The notes: generated by a model from the letters alone, not told the origin. Positions 1-9,291 are shown, counted from the first letter of the stretch. The stretch: DNA of 32,000 nucleotides from Promethearchaeota archaeon (GCA_030606485.1 JAUWGH010000010.1:30001-62000); one strand, 5' to 3'. Made by a program: numbers and translations.

Positions 1-217
1 TAATTTCCGTCCTTGGATAATATATACCCGCTTTAATTCGATCATAATACATTTTCATTCTTTGTATTCCATGGGATTCAATTCCTCTTATATCCGAGGT
101 TATTAAAACATCTGCACAAATCTCTGCGTCTTCTTTAGGGACATCCAATCCAATAAAAACATCCTTTATAAAATTTTTGAGTGTCGTTGCATCAATATAT
201 ACTATTTTATCAGACAT
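1..217 (-). CDS. Ldh_2 family (type 2 malate/L-lactate dehydrogenase-like) oxidoreductase, N-terminal part, runs off the window edge
   Basis: Own translation from ATG at 217: MSDKIVYIDATTLKNFIKDVFIGLDVPKEDAEICADVLITSDIRGIESHGIQRMKMYYDRIKAG. The (A/S)DxRGxxSHG motif is the Ldh_2 signature. Not in the ORF track. Confidence 0.85.
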   Translation of the reverse strand, partial: MSDKIVYIDATTLKNFIKDVFIGLDVPKEDAEICADVLITSDIRGIESHGIQRMKMYYDRIKAGIYYPRTEI

Positions 218-744
218 TATTCCACTTCCATAAAATTTTAATGCTAGTTAGATTTAGTGATATTAAATCTCGAATTATTTTCATTAAAAAGTCTTGATAT
301 TTTAAACTCTTAATAAATGATTAAATCAAATATCTATTTTTTTATAAACCTCTATTTAATTAAATAAAAACTTAATTTAGTTTTTAATATTTAAACTTTA
401 TACGAATTTTGAGATTAGTATAAAAAGGAATTTTTTTATAACATTTTTAAAAAATGGAGATAAAATAAAGTAAAGATTAGAATTTTTGTATAAGTGGGTT
501 TCCCTAATTTATCAGAGTGGGGAGGAGTTAAAAGAATTATTGAATGAATTTTTAGCGGAGATTCATTCCGAGATGGATTCAGGGTTGAATTTATCAGATT
601 TAGATGAAATTACCCCAGAATAAATTTCCTTTTTTGAAATTAATTTATTTTGTTTTATCAGTCTTATTAGATTAAAAAATAAGTAAGTACTAAGTTTTTT
701 GATCCTTAATTATATTATCAAAATCGAAACATTTAAATCTCCTA

Positions 745-1040
745 GATAAGACGGTCAAGGAAGAGTCGAGTCACGAAACAATACCAAAAAAAAGAGGGCG
801 CCCCGCAAGCAGGAACAACTGAGCGTGGAACAAGTGGAAACCTTGAAGGCGCGCTACGAGCAAAACATCAAAAGCGTCAATCAAGCCGTTCGGTTGAGGG
901 CATTTTTCAAGGCTCCTTTCAAGCACACGGTTCTTGGCTGGAAAACGGACAAGTCCAAGCGGTTAACGGCTGAGGAAGCGGAAGAAAAGTTAAGGAAATT
1001 AGTTCGCGACTTACGAGAAGAGGCCTCTACACTCATCAAT
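745..1040 (+). mobile_element. GC-richer foreign fragment, possibly a transposase remnant (covers ORF 825..1100)
   Basis: Visibly higher GC than its flanks. Basic helical translation (KKKRAPRKQEQLSVEQVETLKARYEQ...), with KKRGRP in a neighbouring frame. No ATG; the tail degrades into AT-rich sequence. No catalytic motif seen. Confidence 0.35.
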
Positions 1041-1216
1041 TCTGATATTTTTTCCCCTTTTGTTTTTATCTCATTATCCTTTAACGTCTACTCCATTTAA
1101 TGCTTTCTACATTATTTAAATAATATAGCGCGAAATATATTTGCTAAATTCCAAATTTATTAAAGATATGAATTGATAATGATTTTTGTTGATACAAATT
1201 TTAATATAATTCTAAT

Positions 1217-1381
1217 ATGGGGGTTTTAAAAATTAAACTTGAAATTGATTTACCTGAAAAAAAATTTAAAAATTTAAAAATAATTTTTGAGATGTTCAAT
1301 CAAGACTTAACTGAATCGTTAGAAAAAATAGCGATAAATTTCATTAAAAGTTCTCTTAAAGAAATTGAATTTATGCTTTAG
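1217..1381 (+). CDS. Small hypothetical ORF (54 aa) or gene remnant
   Basis: Own translation MGVLKIKLEIDLPEKKFKNLKIIFEMFNQDLTESLEKIAINFIKSSLKEIEFML; the frame stays open after the TAG. Confidence 0.25.
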   Translation: MGVLKIKLEIDLPEKKFKNLKIIFEMFNQDLTESLEKIAINFIKSSLKEIEFML

Positions 1382-1839
1382 GTTATTCAAACAATCTTTT
1401 TAAAAATTTGTATAGGAAAACTTGATAAATCATTTCTTGAAAAGGGAAAAGAAAAATCATCTGGCTCCAAGTTTTCTATTATAATCATTATCTTTCAAAT
1501 TAATTTCCGGGGTGTCTTTTACCGAAAAATGAGAATTATGAATTAGTGCAAGAACTTTTCACTATACTCGGTATAAGGATTGAATCAGAATAAGAAGAAA
1601 TAAAAGAGGTTGAGGTAATAGAGATTAGGAATGGATGAGAAATAATGTTTTTTTGAAGATTTTTTATGTTATTCTACTGTTTCTTTGCAATGTTCAAATT
1701 TCATTTCAATTTTAATAAGATCTAACCAGAAAGTATCTTCATAAACCATAATTTCTTTTAATTCTTTTATTAATTTTAAGAAATTATTTAACTTTTTAAT
1801 CACTTCATTCATTTTGTAATTTCCTCTATTTTTAAAAGG

Positions 1840-1946
1840 TGACTCCTATCACAAATCAAGGGCTAAAAGAAGAAAGTCGATTTATATAAAGTAAATTTTT
1901 TTTATAGCACATCTAAGAGCTAAAAATTCCAATGTAATAGGAGTCA
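1840..1946. repeat. 107-bp element bounded by 14-bp inverted repeats (MITE-like)
   Basis: TGACTCCTATCACA at 1840-1853 versus the reverse complement of 1933-1946 (TGACTCCTATTACA), 13/14 match. Confidence 0.45.
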
Positions 1947-1973
1947 TAGTTTTTATTTCTCTAACTATTTAAA

Positions 1974-2180
1974 TTATATTTCTTCCTTTAATTGCTTTCC
2001 AACATTTTTACAATAATCTTTAACTTCAGAAAGGGCAACCGAAACAATTGCATGCCCCCTATGTTTTCCTTCAAATAATTTAATTAATTTTTGATTATTT
2101 GGATCATTTGGATTAATAATCACATATTCTTTACAACGAAGAATACATGCTCGCACCCTAACGAATGACATATCAATCAT
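1974..2180 (-). CDS. Small hypothetical protein, possible Cys/His metal binding
   Basis: 68-aa ORF with a clear Shine-Dalgarno (AGGAGGT) before the ATG; CxxxC and HxxH motifs. Confidence 0.6.
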   Translation of the reverse strand: MIDMSFVRVRACILRCKEYVIINPNDPNNQKLIKLFEGKHRGHAIVSVALSEVKDYCKNVGKQLKEEI

Positions 2181-2529
2181 TAACCTCCTTTTTTACAGCT
2201 AAATCCCTGTATTATTCTGAAAATGGTGCAAATAAAAATACCTGATCCTAATTTAACCATTATTCCCTTGTATTTTTCATATTTCTTATCTGAAATAAAT
2301 AATTTCTGATACGACATCTCCCTATCCTTTCTCTGCGATGTTGTTATTATATCTTAATTTTATTTCGAGATATAAAGGTTTATTCTAAAACATTTTTAAA
2401 ATTATTGGTATTGTAAATTTTAATGGAGATTTTAATTAATTCATTAAAGGAAAATAAGAATCAAATTATTTCTATTAAATAATATATTAATTAAAAAAGC
2501 AATATTAATATCGTAAAAAAACTCCAGAT

Positions 2530-2552
2530 GATCAGATCAGATCAGATCAGAT
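2530..2552 (+). repeat. (GATCA)4+GAT microsatellite
   Basis: gatcagatcagatcagatcagat read directly. Confidence 0.9.
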
Positions 2553-2584
2553 TATTTTTATTCAAAAAAGAGAAATAAAATCAA

Positions 2585-2737
2585 ATGAAAGAGAAAAATA
2601 GTGTAGAGCAATTAAAAAGAGAACTAGTTGAGGAAATAGAACACTATATTAAGGAAATGAGGAAAATTTGCCCTATGTGTAGAATAAACATCCCCATTAA
2701 CTCTCTCTTTTGTCCATATTGCGGAAATAAATTATAA
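2585..2737 (+). CDS. Small zinc-ribbon protein (50 aa)
   Basis: Own translation MKEKNSVEQLKRELVEEIEHYIKEMRKICPMCRINIPINSLFCPYCGNKL, with a CPxC-x10-CPxCG motif. Confidence 0.6.
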   Translation: MKEKNSVEQLKRELVEEIEHYIKEMRKICPMCRINIPINSLFCPYCGNKL

Positions 2738-2849
2738 TTTTTAATTTTTTTATTAAATACTCTACACTATATTAGATGTCTTGATTTTGATAATTTTCTT
2801 TTTAATATAGAAATTTCAAACAATAATATCTAATATTTAATTTACGATA

Positions 2850-3128
2850 TTACAGAAAGAATAGACCTCCTTTATTTTGGGGCAATTGGACAGTGACGGC
2901 AATTGTATGAGCAAGATTAGTCTTTCCAGATTTAAATGGTCTAAATACTTCAGTGAGTTTTCCTGTGGCAATTCCTCCGCCGAGAATTCTATTTAAATCA
3001 GCAGAACCTGTAGTAATATACTCGGTATTTTCATCCATGTCTCCAGCAGGTACAAACTCAGTCATTCCTAATGAACTATGCACGTTCCATATTAGTTTTT
3101 TAGCTGTTCGTTGGTGCAGTTGAACCTC
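2850..3128 (-). pseudogene. radA: radA fragment, truncated at both ends with an altered Walker A region
   Basis: [46 protein letters not shown] is typical RadA/Rad51. The frame is open about 15 codons upstream of the GTG (TAKKLIWN). The first Walker A Gly is Arg, and the ORF stops shortly after QLP..KGGL. Confidence 0.85.
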
Positions 3129-3177
3129 TCATTGGAAAAGTCCATGTGGCATTTTCCGATATATTAAAAGCAGAACT

Positions 3178-3229
3178 CTTTTATATATTGCAAAAATTGT
3201 AAGTTCTTGGTCAGTTTAACTAACTGATT
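3178..3229 (+). repeat. Copy of the 3' end of the zinc-ribbon gene 29565..29846, in inverted orientation
   Basis: 48/52 identical to the reverse complement of both 27761-27812 and 29563-29614. Encodes FIYCKNCKFLVSLTN-stop. Confidence 0.85.
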
Positions 3230-3244
3230 CCTCAATTTGAGAAA

Positions 3245-3682
3245 TCATAGAAAAAAAGTTATAACAAAAATTACCAATAGGATAATCACAAAAACAAACC
3301 AATAAATCTGTATATTCCTACCAAATCTTATTAGTCTATTTTCTTCATTTTTGGTTTTTCTTAAAATTCTTATCATTCCATATGTAATTTCAGGACAACT
3401 AAAATATGCAATTATGGATATACTCTGAAGTATTATCATCATAAATGACAAAAACCTCATTTCATAGAAATAAATTGCTCGCACACCAGGTTCAGGACCA
3501 AAAAAAAAAGTCAATAACAATAAGAAAATACCAGTAAATAATAATATTATACTCCAAACCAAGTAAAGTCTTACGTCTTTTCCTTGTATAAATTTTTTTC
3601 CGGTCGCTTGTTTTGCTCCACAATATTCGCAAATCACTGCATTTCTTTTAATTTGTTCCCCACAGTTAGTACAATTTTTTAT
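3245..3682 (-). pseudogene. Zinc-ribbon plus multi-pass membrane protein with a frameshifted N-terminus (intact part 3245..3637)
   Basis: The upstream frame gives KNCTNCGEQIKE, which joins NAVICEYCG after a 1-nt shift near 3645. The start codon appears as ATA at 3680-3682. About 3 hydrophobic helices follow. A sequencing error is possible. Confidence 0.55.
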
Positions 3683-4008
3683 TTTTTTCGCCCCCTAATT
3701 TTTTTACATTTTATTTAATTCTAAATTCATTATAATTTTTAATTTAAATATTTCCTAATTTTTAACCTTTTAAATGAAATTAAAACTCACATTTTTATTC
3801 AAGCCGTTTTTTATATTCGAAAAATGGTTAACTGGGTAATCAGGCTTTGCACGTTTATAACATCCAATAATTATTAACAACAACAATTAATAACAACAAA
3901 AGAAATTTTATATACTTATTGAATCTTTACCTTGAATATTCCAATTCTTTTGAGACGGCGTATTTTTTTTGTGAATTCTGGAAATTTTATTAAATATTAT
4001 AAAAAATA

Positions 4009-4737
4009 TTATTGATTACAAAGTAAAACAAAATTATTTATAATTTCTTCACCTATGGTCATAGTTTTATTAATTATTTTCTTATCATAATTACCTGAAT
4101 AATTATAATTGATGTTATGAGTTTCTGGATGAAATTGAACTGAGAAAATAGGTCTTTTGATGTGACGCATATATTGTATAGCTTTAAAGCCATTTATTTC
4201 TGAAGTAACTATTATATCGAAATTCTTTTGGATGCTATAATCATCAGGTGATATATAATCACGATGATGAATGTTTACTGGGATTTTACTATAAGGTATC
4301 AATTCATCAGTTTTCTTTAGCGAGATGGAAATAATCCTGCTATCTCTACTTGGAATCTTCATTCTCTGTACTTTTCCTTTAAATGCAAAGGCAGTTAAAT
4401 GAAGTCCATAACAAATCGCTAAAATAGGTTTTTGTTTTGCTTTTTGAATTAACTTCAGTTCTGATCTAAATTTCTTCTCTAAATCCTTATTGTTATAAAA
4501 TTCAGAAACATTTAAGTTAGAACCTGATAGAATTAATCCAATACTAGTTTTAAGGAGTTTAAAATCAATTTGAGAGTAAGGTACAGTTTTTAATTCGATA
4601 TTTGGATTTTTTTCCTGAATAATATTTACAATCCTTTCTATACGTTTAGTTTGGAAGCTACTTGAATAATTATCTATAAGGCATATCTGTTTTTTTTTAT
4701 TATTAGAAACTTTTTCTTCACTCATAATTTTTTTCAT
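4009..4737 (-). CDS. Class I glutamine amidotransferase-like protein (GMP-synthase-A / peptidase C26-like)
   Basis: GLILSGS, nucleophile elbow PILAICYG, and the catalytic His-x-Glu in VQFHPE. Confidence 0.9.
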   Translation of the reverse strand: MKKIMSEEKVSNNKKKQICLIDNYSSSFQTKRIERIVNIIQEKNPNIELKTVPYSQIDFKLLKTSIGLILSGSNLNVSEFYNNKDLEKKFRSELKLIQKAKQKPILAICYGLHLTAFAFKGKVQRMKIPSRDSRIISISLKKTDELIPYSKIPVNIHHRDYISPDDYSIQKNFDIIVTSEINGFKAIQYMRHIKRPIFSVQFHPETHNINYNYSGNYDKKIINKTMTIGEEIINNFVLLCNQ

Positions 4738-5045
4738 CTTGATTATTATAGGACTGAATCAATGAGTGTTTTAAATGGATAATAAACATAAGCAATGTTT
4801 TACATTGAAAATTTTTACATTTACTTTTACAGAATTTCTCATTATACTTTCTTCAAATTTATTTATTAAATTTTTCTTCTTGTTCATCTAATATTTTTTT
4901 ATTTCTCTATAATTGCCATAACGCTTAATTTCTTCTTATAGTTTAATTTATTATTTTCGATAAAAGGGTTTTTTATTGCCAATTGAATAGAGAAATTCGC
5001 TTTTCCTGCCGTCTTTCCTGTTAATTCGATTTCCCATTCCAGTTT

Positions 5046-6551
5046 TCAATTCAAATCCTTGTGGTTGGGACTTTTAATTATCTTGAGAGCAATCCTATTT
5101 TTTGGTTTCATAACAAGATCTAGTGTGACATCTTTAAGGACAATATCGGAGTGATTAAAGACATCTAAATTAAATATTTTATTTTCATTGAGTTTAGTAT
5201 CACAGAAGAATTTAGAATCATATTTTATTTCAATGCAATAATTGAATATGTAGGATTTGAACATATCTTGCAATAATTTTTGAAAGTTAGAGATATTGTT
5301 ATCTACGTCTGTTTTATTACTAAAATATCCAATTGTGCTTGATAATTTATATTCTGGAAGAAGAAATAGCATTCTTAAGGACTCATCTTCATTTAGAACA
5401 GGATACTTAGATTTAAGTTCTCTGATATAATGAAATTCGCCACCTAAAATGGAAAAAATAATAATTAAATAAGTCAGTTTTAAGAAATTTCTATAACGGT
5501 TCGGATCATTCTTAATCTCAGATAAACTCTTTAGAGTTTTGGGAAGGAAATATTTTTGATAAAAGATAGAAAAGAACAGATCTCGAAGAATAATAATCAA
5601 TTCCTTAGCCATTACTTTTTCAAGGAGAATTGGAGTATTTAATTTCTGAAATCCGTAATAAAAATATTTAAAGAGCGACAGGAATTCTTCAGAATTAATT
5701 AAAATCTTATATTTATTTAATATATCTAACGTTGAAAATATATTTCCTATGAATATTTTTAACTCATTTTCCGTATATATTTCATTTATTAATTTTAAAA
5801 TTTGGTCCTTATTTTCCATAAGGTTGAGTTCATAATTTTTTATATTCCACACTGGTGATACAGTTTCCCATAATTTGAATATCTGTTCTGCTTTTTTACC
5901 TCTTAATAACATTGCAGTAAGAAAATAACAAAAATCGTACATTAAATTTTCATTTTTCGGAATGATTCCCATTTTGCTAAGAAAATAAGTAATTAATTCC
6001 CGGTATGCAATTACATCAAATAAAGGCGTTTTATAATACTTAACATCGACTTTTAACAAGTTAATATCCTTCTGGACGCATAATTCTCTTTCATTAACCT
6101 CTTTCAAGCCCTTTACTGCAACTATTGAGAGTAGATATTTAATGTTTAATTCAAACTGATTGTTTAAGAGTTGTTGTGCTTTATTGAACTGTTCTTGATA
6201 ATGAGTAGAGATATCACCGATTGTCAATTTTGGTGGTTCTTTAGGTAGTGTGTATTCCTTTACCGTCCCTTTTTTCAATATTTTAAGCAATCTTTTCGTT
6301 TTTTCGAGATTTTCTCCACCTAACAATACCCCGTTGGATGTAAAAAAATAAATTCGAAAGAAATATTTGTAGTCAGCAACCACGAGATATTTTGCTCCTT
6401 TTCTTTGTTTTATCATCATAGATGGTAGAGATCCTATCGTTAGCACTGTTTTACTTTTTACTCGACATATTTCTAAAGTAAGGGGCTTTTTTTCATTAAA
6501 TTCTCTTTTGCCAAACTGTATTATTTCCTTTAAAACTTTTCTCAGACTCAT
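5046..6551 (-). CDS. Hypothetical protein; the frame continues 48 codons past the TGA to 4899
   Basis: 501-aa ORF with no recognised motif. A C-terminal beta-rich segment appears to be cut by the TGA. Confidence 0.75.
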   Translation of the reverse strand: MSLRKVLKEIIQFGKREFNEKKPLTLEICRVKSKTVLTIGSLPSMMIKQRKGAKYLVVADYKYFFRIYFFTSNGVLLGGENLEKTKRLLKILKKGTVKEYTLPKEPPKLTIGDISTHYQEQFNKAQQLLNNQFELNIKYLLSIVAVKGLKEVNERELCVQKDINLLKVDVKYYKTPLFDVIAYRELITYFLSKMGIIPKNENLMYDFCYFLTAMLLRGKKAEQIFKLWETVSPVWNIKNYELNLMENKDQILKLINEIYTENELKIFIGNIFSTLDILNKYKILINSEEFLSLFKYFYYGFQKLNTPILLEKVMAKELIIILRDLFFSIFYQKYFLPKTLKSLSEIKNDPNRYRNFLKLTYLIIIFSILGGEFHYIRELKSKYPVLNEDESLRMLFLLPEYKLSSTIGYFSNKTDVDNNISNFQKLLQDMFKSYIFNYCIEIKYDSKFFCDTKLNENKIFNLDVFNHSDIVLKDVTLDLVMKPKNRIALKIIKSPNHKDLN

Positions 6552-6661
6552 TCTTACAGATTTTTTACATCCATTTTTCAGTAATCATATAATAGTTAAA
6601 TAAAAATAAAAAATGTTATAGTCTCTAAAAGAGGGTTAAATCTCAAATCATATTTCATATT

Positions 6662-7522
6662 TTAGGCTTTTATATTCTCCAATGTATTTACAATATTCTC
6701 TTCGACTGAATTACAATCAAAAAACTCTGAAATCAATTCATTTTCAAAAAAAAATCTGGTTGTTAAAGATATGAAATATTTATTAGGAATATCTCCATCA
6801 ATTCTAAACAACTTTCGCTTATGTCGTCTTTTAATATTATTGAATGTAAATATAAGTGGATTATAATTTTCCTTTTCAAAAAGCAAAGCTTTGCCATCAA
6901 TATGTATAAAAAATCCTGAATTTATATCATAATAGGCATGAATACTTCTATTTAAGACAGAATCTTTACAATAATTTTTAGAAAATTCATACATATTGAA
7001 ATTTACTAAGTTTTGGTCATTTTCTAAATTAATTAGGATTTTTAATCCTATACCAGATGGTTTAAAAAATGCAGATTTGATCGAATTATGATTTTTTAGT
7101 AATTTTTGAATTATTTCACCGTTGATAATATCAAAAGGTACTCTATGACTTTTTATCCAAGATTTAGAGGGAATTATATTCATATGATCCAGCAACTTAT
7201 CCTTTGTAAGTATTAGACAATCATCTTCGAGTGCTTCCATTATGATAATGATATCTGCTTTGATACTTGGAGGAGATTGCAAAATAATACCTCGTTCTAA
7301 GTAATATTTGTAAGACCTAAGATCATCAATACAATAATACAGTTTCCGATCAGCTATACCGATAATCCAATATGAAGACTTTAATGCATTGAACATCAAA
7401 TCAATGTACTTTATTTTAGGGGGGAAATTATTATCATAACCGGCGATATTAGAAATATCTGAGATTATATGTGGTTTTATTTTTAACACCTTTAGAGAGT
7501 AATAATTGCAGAGAGACCCCAA
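6662..7522 (-). CDS. Hypothetical protein
   Basis: 286-aa ORF with TTG start and protein-like composition; no motif I can assign. Confidence 0.7.
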   Translation of the reverse strand: MGSLCNYYSLKVLKIKPHIISDISNIAGYDNNFPPKIKYIDLMFNALKSSYWIIGIADRKLYYCIDDLRSYKYYLERGIILQSPPSIKADIIIIMEALEDDCLILTKDKLLDHMNIIPSKSWIKSHRVPFDIINGEIIQKLLKNHNSIKSAFFKPSGIGLKILINLENDQNLVNFNMYEFSKNYCKDSVLNRSIHAYYDINSGFFIHIDGKALLFEKENYNPLIFTFNNIKRRHKRKLFRIDGDIPNKYFISLTTRFFFENELISEFFDCNSVEENIVNTLENIKA

Positions 7523-7704
7523 ATTAAAATCTCTTTATTTCTAAATTAACCTAAAACTCACGCACAAATCTTAATAACTACTTCTCACGCACTTAAATCT
7601 TATAATCTAAAAATAAGCACAAAACACTTACTATACAAATATTCTACCTACTCCCTACTCACAACAAGCTGAACACTTACTAAACATAAAACTGGGGCCA
7701 ATGC

Positions 7705-7729
7705 AATAGGTCTTAATATTTGACCTATT
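7705..7729. promoter_or_regulatory. Perfect 8-bp inverted repeat in a divergent intergenic region (candidate operator)
   Basis: AATAGGTC-N9-GACCTATT. Confidence 0.35.
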
Positions 7730-7880
7730 ATTAAAGAAGTAAACTGAACATTTATTTTTTATGGGAGATTACAGTTTTGTGTCAGATAAAAAACTTTAAA
7801 TAAAACCTTAACCAACTGTATCATGTAATACAATAATGCTTCTAAAGGAAAAAATTCGCGTGCATTTGTAAGCGAATTTA

Positions 7881-8336
7881 ATGAATAAAGAAAGGAGCTT
7901 TAAAAGACTTCAAAAAGGTGTTATAATGCAGTTAACTTATAAAAATTCAAATCTAGCTGCATTAGTTATAGCTATTATAATTTGTATAACTTGGATTGTT
8001 TTGGACTATACACCTTTTGTTTGGGGAGTCTTAATTCTGAGTATAATACTTTTTATCGGGTGGTCATTTTTCGAGAACAAGCCAGAAAGACCTTCTAAAT
8101 TTGAAGTTATAGCTCCTTATGTTTCTGGAATAATCTTATTGATAATTTGTTTATTGTTTAACTCCTTGACATATCTTTATATCCCTCTTATATCATTATG
8201 TTGGGCAATATTGTACCATATCACTTTCAAAAAACAAGAGAAGGTAAAAGAAAATAAACCTAGCGAGATAAAACAAGCAGATCGTAAAACAATTACCCCA
8301 AACACTAAAGAAAAGGTGTTAAAAAAAAATATTTGA
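7881..8336 (+). CDS. Four-helix membrane protein with a charged C-terminal tail
   Basis: Four hydrophobic stretches. Convergent with the orphan toxin ORF, 20 bp between the stops. Confidence 0.75.
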   Translation: MNKERSFKRLQKGVIMQLTYKNSNLAALVIAIIICITWIVLDYTPFVWGVLILSIILFIGWSFFENKPERPSKFEVIAPYVSGIILLIICLLFNSLTYLYIPLISLCWAILYHITFKKQEKVKENKPSEIKQADRKTITPNTKEKVLKKNI

Positions 8337-8356
8337 TTTATTTTATTTATATTTGT

Positions 8357-8869
8357 TTAATAAATCTCTAAACACCAATCAATGCATTCTTCCAAAGTCA
8401 TGGAACCTAATCCCCCTTCACATATAACACCATATACGAATTCACACCCTAAAGCAAAAATGAAAGCCCACCCACCAGTCAAAGCGAGTATCAATATAAT
8501 CGTACCGCAAAAAAAACCAGCTATAAGTGCACATCCAAAGACTTGTATAAACCAACATACTGCTATACAATCAGTTTGTCCAAAATCCATTAATTTTGCT
8601 GAACTCTCGATAATCTGTAGGTCGTATTTTGGGAGTTGTTGTTTAACTAAAATGGAGAGAATCCTAATTTTATCCTCCATAATGAAGTAATTTTGAGCCA
8701 GCTGTGCGATACTTTTATCTTCAGAAATTTTATAAGATTTATCGTAGATTTTCCCAATCTTTCTCGCAACTTTACCCAAAATGTTATACATTTCCGATAA
8801 TTTAAAGATCGAATTAAACTCAATCCGTTCAAAAGTATTTATCTTCTTCTCTGTTGGAGTAAATATCAT
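8357..8869 (-). CDS. Orphan, 5'-truncated halocin-C8-like precursor (pro-domain remnant plus 76-aa, 8-Cys hydrophobic tip)
   Basis: About 52/118 aa identical by hand to the pro-domain of 9817..11205. Homology extends in frame upstream of the ATG to 8947. The tip sequence differs from the main gene. No signal peptide. Confidence 0.75.
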   Translation of the reverse strand: MIFTPTEKKINTFERIEFNSIFKLSEMYNILGKVARKIGKIYDKSYKISEDKSIAQLAQNYFIMEDKIRILSILVKQQLPKYDLQIIESSAKLMDFGQTDCIAVCWFIQVFGCALIAGFFCGTIILILALTGGWAFIFALGCEFVYGVICEGGLGSMTLEECIDWCLEIY

Positions 8870-8947
8870 TAATGTGGATGATTTATTATAGAATTCTGAA
8901 TTGAGAGGGTTAAGGATTGTTAAAAGAGTAAAATTATATTCATCATT

Positions 8948-9250
8948 TCAACATCTTGAGCACGGATTTAGCAGGCAAAAACAAGCGATTTTCAATGGAG
9001 TTGCGAAAGGCAATGTCAGTCATATAGTTGTGATCCGTGGAGAAGATTGTTTAAAACTAAAGCATTGTAACGCTGAAGAATTAAATACGGATATTGTGGA
9101 GGAATATTCTGAAGAGGTCGTTAAGAAATTCAGAACTAAATTAAAAGTAGATATTAAAGAAAGAACCAGAACTTGGCGCACGAGGAGCCAACAATATAAA
9201 GATATAAATTTGGCAGTAGATATATATTATCAATGGAATAATAAAAAAAA
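8948..9250 (+). other. Unrelated coding fragment that truncates the orphan gene, possibly a transposase remnant
   Basis: Open frame (part of ORF 8901..9326) with ...DINLAVDIYYQW, loosely like the first Asp strand of DDE transposases. It begins exactly where homology to 9817..11205 ends. Confidence 0.3.
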
Positions 9251-9291
9251 AGAGGTCGCAATTATGTCGGGTGAGATGAATTTGCAACCTC
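9243..9291 (-). terminator. Hairpin plus U9 tract at the end of the toxin/immunity pair
   Basis: GAGGTCGCAATT (9252-9263) pairs imperfectly with AATTTGCAACCTC (9279-9291). The A9 run at 9243-9251 gives a U-tract on the minus strand. Confidence 0.55.

Noticed and set aside
440-623. Acidic reading frame LEFLYKWVSLIYQSGEELKELLNEF...
   Set aside because: No start codon before an in-frame TAA; too little evidence to call.
2850-3083. Functional RadA or a mini-recombinase
   Set aside because: Lacks Walker B and most of the ATPase core; Walker A is altered.
5046-5048. Selenocysteine or alternative genetic code
   Set aside because: No redox motif. Other genes use TGA as a normal stop, and the broken frames involve TAA, TGA and frameshifts alike, which fits decay.
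8382-8832. ORFs 8382..8690 (+) and 8647..8832 (-)
   Set aside because: Antisense or alternate-frame shadows of 8357..8869, which has clear paralogy support.
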